From: Podarcis vaucheri
Lineage: Eukaryota
Strand: one strand, 5' to 3'
Length of the DNA: 64,000 nt
Assembly: GCA_965113315.1 (NCBI GenBank)
Contig: OZ220376.1
Part shown: positions 50,178-62,250 of the stretch, piece by piece
Layout of the letters: each line of letters starts with the position of its first letter
Position numbering within the stretch: the first letter of the stretch is position 1
Translations under genes and position numbers: made by a program
The notes under the pieces: model-generated
Seen by the model: the letters and a program-made list of their open reading frames with translations, nothing else
Database searches by the model: none
Told to the model about the DNA's origin: nothing

Positions 50178-52776
50178 GTAATGTTTTAAAAAGTTTTAAT
50201 TGCCAGCCAATGTATCTATAAGCTGCTTTATCGGTGATTACGGGTTCAGAGGCTTGCAATGTCACATTTATATCTTAATTTTGGAAGGAGGAATCCATTA
50301 TTCTGGGGACACCACAGTTTCTGCAGATAAACAGTCATTCTCCAGACCACATTTTAGTTTGCATTTTACAACTTGTGCCCATTTAAAAATGGTGAGTGCA
50401 AAGGTGTGAATGTGTACAGATGCCAAGCAGATTAATCAGTGAAGTCAGGCCTATGCAGCTAGCAACCACTAACTCTGTTGGGTGGTCCACTTCTTTGCTG
50501 CTTGAGTGGGACTGCAAAAATTGGAATCTTGTCAATACCTGGGCTAAGGGGGATCTTTTCTTAACACATGTATCTTAACACGATATGTAATTTTCCCCTT
50601 TCCCATCTCTGAAAGTATAGTTGTTAAGAGAGATGGCTTTAAATTCTCTAAGTAAATGTCCTTATAATAAATTAATTAAAATAATTAAAAATTATATTCT
50701 TCATCAGTTAACTGATAGTATACAAATAATCATAACACAAGCTTTCCAATTAAAAACACTCTAGACTTTTCATTACTTGTAACTCTCTGAAGTTTGAATT
50801 GGGCAATTAACCAACAGGATTCTCTAACACATGCTAATAAGATCTCAAAAGGAGTCTTGACAGCACTGGCAGTTTAGAGTTCAGTTGTGTGGAAGAGAAT
50901 GTGGGTTTAGGATGTAGAGGTCCTTTTTCATTCTTGGTGAGGGAAGCATGCAATCTTTGTGGATCCCACCAGTGAGAGGAAGGCTCACTATGTCAATTTC
51001 AAAGCTCTTTCCAGTGCATCCCAGATGCAAGTATAAAAAGAGAATTAATTTTTTAAAGCGCAAATTTGCCCTACGTCTGCCCCATCTTTTTTGGCGAAGC
51101 ATGTTTTTGTAACAAGAACTTGAAATCTGTTTGTAAGATAGAAATAGTTTAAAAGTGTGCATGCAATTGGGTTAGAACATGTAACTCATTAAATGCAGAT
51201 AAGCCTGTTTGGTTTTTATTTAGTGGAGGTCGGAGTAGGGTGGAAACCCACAGGGCTCAGAATTAAATCAAAGTGATGAAATAATTTGCATTGCAATCCT
51301 AACCATGTCTACCCAGAGGTATATGCTATTCAGTTCAATGGGTCTTACCCATAAGGGTTAAAATGGGTTAGGACTGCAGCTTAAAGCACCAAAAATGAAG
51401 CTTGCAATTCTTGAAGTTACCCCACTGCTATCCAGAGTTAAGGTTGCCATGATGCTGTGTGCTGGAATTTGATTGTGGAATTTTAAATTGTTCTCCAATC
51501 AGGGCTTAACTCTGCACCTAATGAAGTTTGTTACTAGTATATAACCTGCAAAGAAAGGACACTTGGTTAAATATTTAATAGTAAAATATTATTTACTATT
51601 CTGGCCCTTCCACCCCCAAATTAGGAATGGCTGATTGCATTTTCATTGGCTGCTTTTCAGATTTCCCTCCCAGCTTTTTCCCTTAAACTAGCAATCCGTT
51701 ATTCCTTATTCAAAAATATAATGATAATATTTTCCATAGCTTAAATTGCATGGGCTGATCCTAACTGCTGTGTTTAATAACTATCATATGTGTCCTTTTG
51801 ACTAATAAATAGCATTGTTTCCTCCTGTCAAAAGCTAGAGTGAAATGCATGTATTTCTGAGAATGGGTGGTGGGGAGAAGGGGAAAAAATCAAATTCATC
51901 CTTTCCCAGACAATCAATCAAAATTGACAGGCCCTTTAACATACAATTTGTAGGGCACTGTAGTTTTAAAATGGGAACTGTCCGTAACATATAGCTCGAA
52001 GCCTTTGTGGCTTTAACATTTGACAAAAGCATATCCACTGCATGGGGGGGCCGGGGGGGCGGGGGAAAAGTCAATGTGGAGTTCGAAAGGTTTTAAGGAA
52101 ATAATTCTTTCTCACTCTGCAGTACTTCATCTTAAAAACCTATATTTCATAACTGCCTGTCATGGGTTTTGTGTAAATAACCAAGGAGATCATCTCAATT
52201 TATGCCATGCCTGCTCCTTGGTGTCCTAAGGCAGTCAAATTTGAAACTCCAGCTTTGGATTTTCATTGTGGAAAATGCAGAACAAAATGTGCCGGCGGCA
52301 TTGATCCCAGTTACATGGTGTGGGTGTCTGGCACATTGGCATAGCTGTGTCATCATTTACCCTCACCCACCCCAAATGTATTTTGATCACCTCTGCTAAA
52401 AACAGCATCTCCTGAAAAAAATGTTTAGTTAAAACACTGAAAAGGAATGAAAAACACATAGGAGCTACTGGGAATTGGATTAGAAGATGTTCATTATGAC
52501 TCAGTTATATTGATTTTGATGAAATTTAAGATAAAATTAGAATTTATATTAGCTGGTTTTCAGAATACAAATCTTTCTTTCAATGCTCATTCCTGCAGGT
52601 CTAGAAACACTTCTTCGTAATTCCTGCTTTGGGTTTTGGGAACCATATCTCAATCATTTTTTCTCTCTCTACTAATTTTGGTATCACTCTCATTCTTTTT
52701 AAAAAAAAGATTTCATTTTGAGCAAATTTGTAAATGGCCCTGATGTGTTCTACAATTTAGTCAATTACTGTTTCAG

Positions 52777-52817
52777 CCTGCAAACCTCCAGGGAAACGGA
52801 ACATACATGGCCTGAAG
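52777..52817 (+). CDS. MAP2K5: MAP2K5 exon 5, (A)CKPPGKRNIHGLK
   Basis: gtttcag acceptor, 41 nt, gtagga donor, in frame. Confidence 0.95.
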
Positions 52818-53677
52818 GTAGGAATTTCAATAATCGTTTCATTAAACTTAGATGGATTTGCAATGCTGTGTTCCACTTATTGAAATGTCAAACAAAATGG
52901 TACTTTCTGAGCTTTGACAAGCAGATTTTTTAAAAACGTTGTGGAGGAAAGATTCCTTCCGTATGGTGTTGACTGTGCTATCAGAATAAGTTGTGTGGTT
53001 TATCAGTGACTGAAATTTGTTTCTTTTCTTGCTTTTGTTCTCTCTCTTGCTTTCTCTTTCTGAAATAAGGTACTCCTCCTCCTTCTGGTGCCCCATTCAG
53101 ACATCAGAGTTGTGCAGGAGCTGTGCTCTTGGGCTGTGCCAACGATCTGTAACAAAGATAGAAGATCATATTAATTTTGACGTACTTAATCTATACCGGT
53201 TTAAGCATAGCCCAAACATTGTGCAATATTTATGTTTTAACTTGCATTTTATCGATACGCATCTGTGTAATGTTACATGAATCTCAAATTACGAACGATA
53301 CACAGTTGTGCAGAGTATATCTCAGCCTTTCTGGTGACATATTAGACAAATGTAATTGATATATTACTGCAAAATGGTCACACAGGGGAGGGGAGGAATG
53401 AGCAAGATGTATTTAATAGGAATGAAATGAAAGCCTTATTGTGTGCCTGTTCTTGATTGTATTACTTAACCAAGCATTTCAAATGCAGAGTGAATAAAAG
53501 AGCATGATTCCTTGATAACACAATGTGGTAACCTACATAGAGGGTGGCTTTCTACCATGGGCAACTAGCTAATTAACCTTCCTAGAGAAAATAGGAAATT
53601 CATGGCAAATTAAAGGTTAATTAGAACCATGTCCTTGGAATAGAAACAACTGATAAAGATTCCTTTCCTGCCTGCAG

Positions 53678-53745
53678 GTAAATACGCGAGCAGGGTCTGC
53701 TAACAATAGTGGCGCAGCCGTCGCGGACTCCCTTCCAAGCAATAG
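53678..53745 (+). CDS. MAP2K5: MAP2K5 exon 6, VNTRAGSANNSGAAVADSLPSN(S)
   Basis: cctgcag acceptor, 68 nt, gtaaga donor, in frame. Confidence 0.95.
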
Positions 53746-54312
53746 GTAAGAATTGAAGGGAAGAGTGTGCATGCGTTTTATTAAAGCAGAACCCGAGAAG
53801 TGATTTCTGCATAGTAATTAACAGGAGCAAATAAGGAAATGCCAGATAACTTCAGGGGGATTTGGTTGACCAGTTTTCAGCAAGGTTTTGTGGCTTGTCG
53901 AAAGCAATGTTAAGTCTTTGAGGCTGTTGTGCCTTTCGACAACCTATTTCTTTGAGGTGCTCTCTGCACAGTTGCCCCAGTCCAGAACGTAGCATGCTCT
54001 GTAGTGGGCATACAGACATCCTGTGTTTATGGTTGTTTCACATTGGGCAGTTGCGGGAGCAGGCAGGGGTTTTATTCTCCTATGTGATTAATACTAGTTG
54101 TCTCTACATGGATTGCAGTGTAGGAAATCAGGCAGCCAGTCTGATACATTGCACAGTGATTGTGGGCAAAGACCTCGGAGACCAGATTTCAAGACCCTTC
54201 CTAGCCATTGAGTTACTGGGTTCTGAGCAGCTCATCTCTTTTCAGCCTCTGCAAATTGGGAATGTTAGTGACCCAACGAGTGAAGTCTTGTGAATCAAGC
54301 AACTTAAAGACT

Positions 54313-54938
54313 AGGCCTGGGAAATATATTGCCCAGGACCAGTATGAGGAGGAGATATATCGCTGGTGAAACCACCACCACTTCTGAGTCCCTCTGCTAG
54401 CGACTTCCTCCAGCAAACGTTGCTAGCTGAAGGACTCAGGAACAGTGGTGGTTTCACCAGCAATATCTCACTGAGTGTAATCGCCATCCCACTCTGCCCT
54501 CATACTGCACAGAGGGAGAAGCGCTGATACAACTTGTTCCTCCCTCTGCTCAGCCGAACAGTTAAAGGATCCCCCAGCCCAGCGCTGGCTCCTACGCAAG
54601 TGAAGGAAGCACCCCATCCCCAGCAGAACCTTACAAAGGATCCCCGATGTTCTCCTTGCTTGTTTGAGCAGGGAGAGCATAGAGGAAGGCTCAGCTGGAG
54701 ATTGAGATCCTTCCTGCGCCCCAGCTGAGCCGTACAAACAACCTGCCTTGTCCCAGCCCGCTAGGCGCTGGAATGAAACCGCCTTAGCTCCCACGGTGAG
54801 AGCTGTGGCAATTTCACCTGGTGCCTGACAGGCTGAGGCCAATGCGGTTTATTTTTTCAACATCACGGTATATTGCCAGACCGCAATGTTTGGCTGATGG
54901 TATATCACAACGCTGAAAAGCTGATATCGCTCAGCCCT
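54313..54938. mobile_element. hAT-like non-autonomous DNA transposon
   Basis: Ends aggcctgggaaatatat / gatatcgctcagccct; subterminal inverted repeat gatatatcgctggtgaaaccaccac..ctgagtcc / ggactcag..gtggtggtttcaccagcaatatc. Confidence 0.6.
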
Positions 54939-57024
54939 GTTAAAGACACTGCACTTTAAGTTTCCTATGTTATAGTGGACTGTTCCTGTCCCATTTTGGA
55001 ATACTATGTGATACAGAACAATACTGTTCTGCTGTTATCTTCTCTTGTCACTCAAGTGGCTATCCTTGAGGGGGGAAATTCAGAGGTGTTCTAAATCAGC
55101 TGAAGACAACAGCTATAGCAAGATCCATGGCCAGTTGATTTTAGCAATAGGCAGAAGAAAGGGTGGATCTTGGTAAAGGAGAAACAGAAAGGCTGCAGGA
55201 TATGGGCACAGCTTGGATGTGGTGGGCCAAAGGAAAGGGAAGAGACAAAGATGGATCCAGTTTTGCAAGCCTACGGAAAGGACAGCTACCCTCAGAGAAA
55301 TGGAGGAGAGGACTGTAAAGGTTATACGTTTTGTCTTTTGCTTCAGAACATTTCTGTCTCATTGAGAGTTTTGCAATATTATGATGGGCCAGAAGTTCAA
55401 GGGGTGATGGACAGAACAATTGGTTTTGTTTTGTGTAAAGGTGGTTAAAGAATTGACAATGAGTGAAGCCTTGCGGTGCCAGGGAGAAATACTAAAGAAG
55501 AATTAAAGCAAGCAGATGAGGCCTGAGACCTGTAGGAATCCTCTAAGTCAAGGGTAGCCAATGTGCTGCCCTCCAGATGTTGGACTACAGTTCCCATTAG
55601 CCCAAACCAACATGACCAATGGATAGGGATAATGGGAATTGTAGTCCAAGGATTCCATGTTGCTTATTCCTGCTCTGTTGCAGAAATGAAAGAAGAGGAG
55701 TCACTGAAGAATATATAAGGAAAGGTTTGCGAGAGAGAATGCTTCTTCTGTTACCTGTTTCTATTAGGAAATGCAAGGAAATAACTTAGTCCGTTACCTC
55801 AGCTAAATGCCACAGTACCCTAACACAGGGGACGACATTCTGTGTTGTATGTGAAACTTGCATAGGTCTAGAGTCGGAATCAAAACTATTGCTTACTGAG
55901 AGGAGAAGGATTATCAGCAAAGTATTAGGAAATTATTATTATTACAAAATTATTAAAGCTTATTAAGTCATATAAAAGCAAGTCCCTTCCCCCCTTCTGT
56001 GGTCAGTTGTTTTTTTCACATGCTTTAAGCTGGTTCTGAAAGTGCCCTGCAAGCAGTGCCTTCTGTAGAAGCTGACATCTAATGGGGCAGTTAATTGACT
56101 TTCATTTTCCAAAACCTGCCTGCATTAGGAATGACTGTTTTGAAGTCATTGACAGCCTGCCTCCGTTTCATGTTCACAAAACAGTTGGTTGCAAGAGATG
56201 ACAAGATCAGTATACTTTTCATTTGGCAAAGTTTCTTTAAAGTAGTCCAGCAGACAAGAGGCTTATTAAAGAACAAAGATACCATATACATGTTTTTAAT
56301 TTCAGTCAACATGATCGATGATAAGACACTCATGCCTGTCAAGAATGCAGCTGCATTCACACAATTGAATCCTGTCTTAATAAGAATATGCACCTGTATA
56401 CAGCCTGTGTGCAGCCCCTTTGCTCCTTCTTTGCTACTCACTTCACGAGGAGAGGAAAAACAAATCAAGAAGTCACATCTGATCATACCTTTCTGTTGCA
56501 TGTGAACTTGGAGCTTCCAAATGAAGCAGTAGAACATGAGCCTCTTTATCTCAGGGTCGCAGGGAGGTTGGACTAGATGACCCTCATGGTCCCTTCCAAC
56601 CCTTCCAACAATTCTATGATCCTATGGAAACTCTCCAAGCAAAATGGCTTATTTCATGATCTCAAGCCATGATTTGTAAGCCAACTAAACTATGGCTTAC
56701 AACTGCATCTTCCTGGTCTATTTTGCCCTCTGTGCAAATGGAGAAGCAAAGCAAGAATGAAAGAGCTGTGTGTAGCTGCAGCCTGCACATTCATATCCTG
56801 GCTTATTAAGTGTCTGGTGCATTTAGAGGTATATATGCACTAATTACATCTCATTGCATTTTTAACTTTTGGGGGGGTTGTGATAAAGCAGGAGATGTTC
56901 TTGCTTAAGCCCAATTGAAATGAATGGCAGGCTGTGCAAAAGCACCTCTTTGTTCATGGACAGCTGACAATCACTTTAATGAGTCTCATGCACAAGAACT
57001 TCCTACTGGACTGTGACCCTAGGC

Positions 57025-57621
57025 CAGGGCGGTCCAACTTTTAATATCAAGTGGGCTGCAATAGGACTTCAACATGGAACCCACAGGCCACACACTGCCT
57101 TGTTGGGTGGGGGAAACAAGGCCCAAATTTGACCCCCTCCCATACCTTGCACTGCTTTCTCAAAGCCGGCTAAGTGAGGCACAGGGCTTTGGGAAAGAGA
57201 CGCAAGGCTCTGGCAGAGTCCTAGAACCCTTTCACCTCCTTCCCAAAGCTAAGAAACCTCTAACTAGGCTTTGGGAAGGAGGCTGAAGGACACTTTGACG
57301 CTGTCGCAGCCCTCACAATTCCTTCTCAAAGCCCATTTTCTTGCTTACTTGGCTTTGTTAAGGCAGTACAAAGGGTTGAGGGCATCAGATGTCGCTGAGG
57401 GCCATCCAGTGGGTTGTCAGCACCCGGGGCAAGGCAAGTAATTTGTGCCCCCTAACCCGTGGATTTGCGCCCCCTAACCCGTGGATTTGCACCCCTAACC
57501 CTAACCCCCAGATGTTGCGCCCGGTGCGGCCGGCCCCCCCTGCACCCCCCACGCTACGCCACTGGGGCCATCAAATAAGGCTTTGAGGGGGGCCCTTGGG
57601 CCAAGCATTGGACTACCCTGC
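57025..57621. mobile_element. hAT-like MITE containing a nested element at 57407-57564
   Basis: Outer TIRs cagggcggtccaa / ttggactaccctg; nested cagtgg...gctacgccactg flanked by the 8-bp TSD GGGCCATC. Confidence 0.75.
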
Positions 57622-58140
57622 CCTGCACCATCCTGTTCTACAGTTTTATGTGGATGTAAGTTATCAAAGGATAACCAGTTAAAATTGCATCCAAAGCATC
57701 AGTGGTTAGAACTGGTTGACATGTTTATTCTATCAACAACTATGAGTAGCGTTCCCATTTTATAGATCTAAAACTAATCCAGAGATTTGAAACGAGTGGC
57801 TCCCAAGTCCAACTTTCTGAGCTTTGCACCACTCTGGCTTTACCACTGCCCTTTCCCTGCACTTGTTTTCTCTCTGCAACCCTACCATTTCAACATGAAA
57901 GTTCAGTTTTTTTTGGAAATCTGAATGTTGAGAGGAGAAATGAAATGAAAAAAGTAAAACTGTGATAATTAATTCTAGGCTAATTGCTTGGGTGCTGAGT
58001 TCACACAGCTGTGATTATAGGCAGATGTAACGCTAAGTAGTGTTATACTTTTTTAGTTGGGTATGAGTTGCAATTCCATTCAATAAAGTGCACTGATACA
58101 ATCACTAAAAATACATTTTTTGTCCTTCTTGATTGTGCAG

Positions 58141-58189
58141 TTTGAAGAAGTCTTCTGCAGAACTGAAGAAAATATTAGCTAATGGCCAG
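58141..58189 (+). CDS. MAP2K5: MAP2K5 exon 7, (S)LKKSSAELKKILANGQ
   Basis: gtgcag acceptor, 49 nt, gtaggt donor; identical to the recalled MEK5 peptide. Confidence 0.96.
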
Positions 58190-58935
58190 GTAGGTGTATT
58201 GGATGGGCTTGTTCATGAATGTCTTGTGTTTTAGGATAGCCTCAGAGATGCTTACTGCTCACTTATCAGTAATGTGGTCTTTTAATAAAGTAGAGGAGAA
58301 GCTGTGAAAGGGCTCGTATTGTGGAGGCGCCTCTGTCCTGATTGATTTGGATTGGCACACCAATTTGCTTTGCCTTTCTCAAAATGCACTAATCAGATTT
58401 AGCTCCAAATAGATTGAAGCGCCTTTCGCATCCGTCGTTCTGCTGCTACCTCAATTTAGGGGAAGAAAACTTAATCAATTTTGAATAGCAAATAGGATTC
58501 CTGGCTTGTTAGATCTTTGCATATAGGTTTAAGGCACACACACACTGCCAGATGATGAAGAGTGGAGGTAGTAGTAGAAGTACGTAGTGCCGTGTTATTT
58601 GGCGCTCTGTGTTAGTTATCAGTTTGCTGTGTAAAGGGGGCAGAAATCTGTAGAAGGCTTCCTTGCCTTCCCCTGGCACCTGCAATTGAATGCAGTAGCC
58701 TCACAATTGATGGGCAAATGGACACTTCAGGGCAAGTCCTTCCTGGCCAGTTTTGATTCAAATAGGCGGGAAGGCCCAAAGTAGCATAATGACTTTAAAT
58801 ATACACCACTAAATGGAAGTACCTGCAAGGCAGCAGGATCTTTCAATAGCAACATAAATAAGTTTTAATGTTTGTCATGGTGAAAGCCCTTTGATAGCCT
58901 TGGAGGCAGGCACCTGTCCACAGCGATCAAGCTTG

Positions 58936-59067
58936 NNNNNNNNNNNNNNNNNNNNNNNNNNNNNNNNNNNNNNNNNNNNNNNNNNNNNNNNNNNNNNNNN
59001 NNNNNNNNNNNNNNNNNNNNNNNNNNNNNNNNNNNNNNNNNNNNNNNNNNNNNNNNNNNNNNNNNNN
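58936..59067. other. Assembly gap (132 N)
   Basis: N run. Confidence 0.99.
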
Positions 59068-60318
59068 GTGCCTTCACACAGTGACCTCTCCAAGCCTCAT
59101 TGGCATTTCATGAATCAAGTAGTTGTAGTTGAGCGTGTCAAGAAGATAAAAGCTGGTCTTCACGCTTGTCCTTCAGCGGCTCACCTGTAACATTGTGCTC
59201 TTAATAGATGAGAATGGTCCCGCTAGTGTCACCTGCACTGCAGCCTTGCTTATTTGTGATCAGAATTGTTTAAATAAAACTTAGGAATATGGATTTCAGT
59301 TCTTCTTTTTTTAAGTCTAGGCTGTGACTCTTGCCTGAAATATAGCAAAGGGGCTTTATAAAAATAAAATACATGCCTCCTGTTTTTACCCACTCTCGGC
59401 ATTTGATTTAATCTTTCACAAATGCTTTTCTGTAATAAATGTTTAAGGTTCCAGGGGTAGAGGAGGAGAAAAAGGTGTCATTAAGGAAGCAGTGGTTTAA
59501 ATATTCTGTCTGAGAACAGAAGTATTTTTAATATTATTGATGGAATGTGGAGGATTTTAAATACTAGATGGGGAAAGAAAATTACCCTTGTAGATGACTT
59601 TGGGAAGCCCAGGCATGCAAAGAGTTCTCAGGAATTTAGGGATATAAAGACCTGCATAGTTTTCAAACTGTGGGCATTATTCATACCCCTTTAGTGTTAT
59701 GTAATGTTTTAAAAATAAGTGAATGAAGGGCTGTTGTAGTAGATGAATAATTGTATCTTTAATTTACTTAGATGCTTATGGTGACCATCAGTTCTTTTGA
59801 AATGTTGTGCACCGGAAGTTTTCCCCATCATTTCAGCAGAGCAGTCAGATCTAAAGGGGTAGAGGTGTAGACATTCTCTCCCCCAACCCTGCTGCCAATT
59901 GAAGCAAATGAGAAAGCAACCTTGCACAGGGAAACATGGACAGGGCTCTGCACTGAGGGGTGGTTGGTGGTGGCAGTAATGGATATCCATTGCAAGTCTA
60001 GTCTGTTTAATTTCTCTTGATGTCAGTGAAATCAGAACATTCTTAACTAGGGGGAGGGGAGAGAATTAATGTCAAGTTCCCTAACATTGTGTGGTCTTGT
60101 TGCTTTTACTGACTGTATTTGATTCAGAGACACGACATGGGAAGTTTCTTTGGTTATAACTTCTAAGGTTGTTGTTTTTTGTTTTGTTTTTTAACAATTT
60201 GGTGGTTTAAGCTATACTTTAGTATAGCTGTAGTACAGTGGATAATTCTTTGTTTCTTTTTCCTTTTTTGCACCTTCTGCTTGAAAGCATTAATAAAGAC
60301 ATTTTTCCCTGATAGCCT

Positions 60319-60643
60319 NNNNNNNNNNNNNNNNNNNNNNNNNNNNNNNNNNNNNNNNNNNNNNNNNNNNNNNNNNNNNNNNNNNNNNNNNNNNNNNNNN
60401 NNNNNNNNNNNNNNNNNNNNNNNNNNNNNNNNNNNNNNNNNNNNNNNNNNNNNNNNNNNNNNNNNNNNNNNNNNNNNNNNNNNNNNNNNNNTTGANNNNN
60501 NNNNNNNNNNNNNNNNNNNNNNNNNNNNNNNNNNNNNNNNNNNNNNNNNNNNNNNNNNNNNNNNNNNNNNNNNNNNNNNNNNNNNNNNNNNNNNNNNNNN
60601 NNNNNNNNNNNNNNNNNNNNNNNNNNNNNNNNNNNNNNNNNNN
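60319..60643. other. Assembly gaps (173 N and 148 N) separated by the 4-bp island TTGA
   Basis: N runs at 60319-60491 and 60496-60643. Confidence 0.99.
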
Positions 60644-61389
60644 TTCGATTGGTACAGAGGAGGCATAGCTTATAGGGCCGGACTTCTGCTAGAGCTTTAC
60701 GTATCAAATAAGGATTAATTGAGCATTTTTGCTTCTAATGATTTATAAGAGATGCATGCTGCTTCTCTCCAGGACAGCAGATATAAACAAAGAATGTTTT
60801 GTTTGCTGATCCGTAATTGGATACTCTTTTACTTGCCATTAGTTCTATTAACATTGGCAGCCAATCAAGGTTGTTTCAGAAAAGTTAGTATTTCAGAACC
60901 TGCTATGAAGTTGTAGTTATGATTTTATTGAGGCTTCCCACTTCGTAATTATTATTGATAAATTACTAGGTATCTATAGGAATGTCTCTCTGAGTTGATC
61001 AATTGGATTTTACATCAGTAAAGTAGGGCATCCGTTGGCGTCCTGATAGTGTCTAGATGTTTTGGCCTACAACTCCCATCAGCCCCAGCCAGTACCACGA
61101 TGTTCACTCCAACTCCAGCATCATGTGGCCATGCTGGCTGGGGCTGATGCAATTTGCTGTCAAAAACATCTGGAGTTCATCAGATTTGCAATTACATACC
61201 ATGGTGAAGTATTTGAGCCTCCACACTTGTAATGAAAAGGCCAAACCAAGATGGCCTGTGTTAGGCCTCTTGTTCTCATCAAGGAGTATGTCAGACTAAT
61301 TTGGAATTGGGGACTCCTTGGGAGAAAAAGCCTTTGATTAAATAGGAGAAACATTCTTTGGACAGCCAGAGGAAGTCTGGTTGCTCTGT

Positions 61390-62250
61390 CAGTCAACCCT
61401 CAGGCTTGTGGGTGCTGCTGCTGAATGCTAGGTCAGTTTTAGGTAAGGTCTCCCTCATCCATGACCTGTTGCTAGATGAGGAGGCCAACCTGGTTTGTAT
61501 TACTGAGATCTGGGTGGGTGAGCAGGGTGGCGTTGGTATCTTCCTGCTGTGCTCACCTGACTACTCAGTGCGGCATCAGAGCAGGCTTGAGGGTCAGGCA
61601 GAGGGTGCCACTATAGTCTATAGTAATTTGCTCTTTGTCTGCAGGCTCCCTGTCAATTTGAATGGATTTTCATTTTGTATTTTTATGTTATGAACTGCCC
61701 TGTGATCTTCAGATGAGGGGTGGCATGCAAATTTAATAAATGAATGAAGCAATGAAATCTTGTGATGGGCACTCAGGAAACATTAGGGACTCTGTTGGTT
61801 TACTATATTAAATAATAATAATAATGCCTCCCAGCCTGAGCTGACAGATGTGGTCTTGGATGTGGCATGAGGACCCCCAGGTTGTTGGTCCTGCGGAAGT
61901 CAACATTCACAATGAGGCTTCTAAGTCTGGGGCTGCTCATAACCTTATAGCTTTGCATGACAGCAGTGGGGCTGTCCCAACATGTTATCAGCCTGACACA
62001 TGTCGCCAGCCACACTCTGGCAGGAAGAGGGTCATCTGAGAGGAGGATTATAGCATTAGCTGCTTGTGTGGTCAGATCACCTCCTGTTGAGTTTTAGACT
62101 TTCAGTTGCTTTCCTCCTCTGCAGTGGTAGGGAGCCTATTAGAATGGTCTGCCCTTGGAGACTGATGGATCCAGTTGGTTTCCCGATGACTCTGGGGGAT
62201 TTTTTGGCTGGCAGCCCTATCAAAACCTGGCTCACCTGTGGAATGCAGCC
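61390..62250 (+). mobile_element. Decayed L2/CR1-group LINE AP-endonuclease domain fragment
   Basis: LLLNARSVLGKVSLIHDLLLDEEANLVCITEIW (APE motifs I/II) and WSDHLLLSFRL (terminal SDH motif); frameshifted, with an L2-tail insert at about 61635-61745. Confidence 0.85.

Noticed and set aside
56091-56537. Opposing 136-148 aa ORFs in a MAP2K5 intron
   Set aside because: No domain similarity or splice context; within chance expectation for a six-frame scan
58865-60718. ORFs containing X runs
   Set aside because: Artefacts of N gaps
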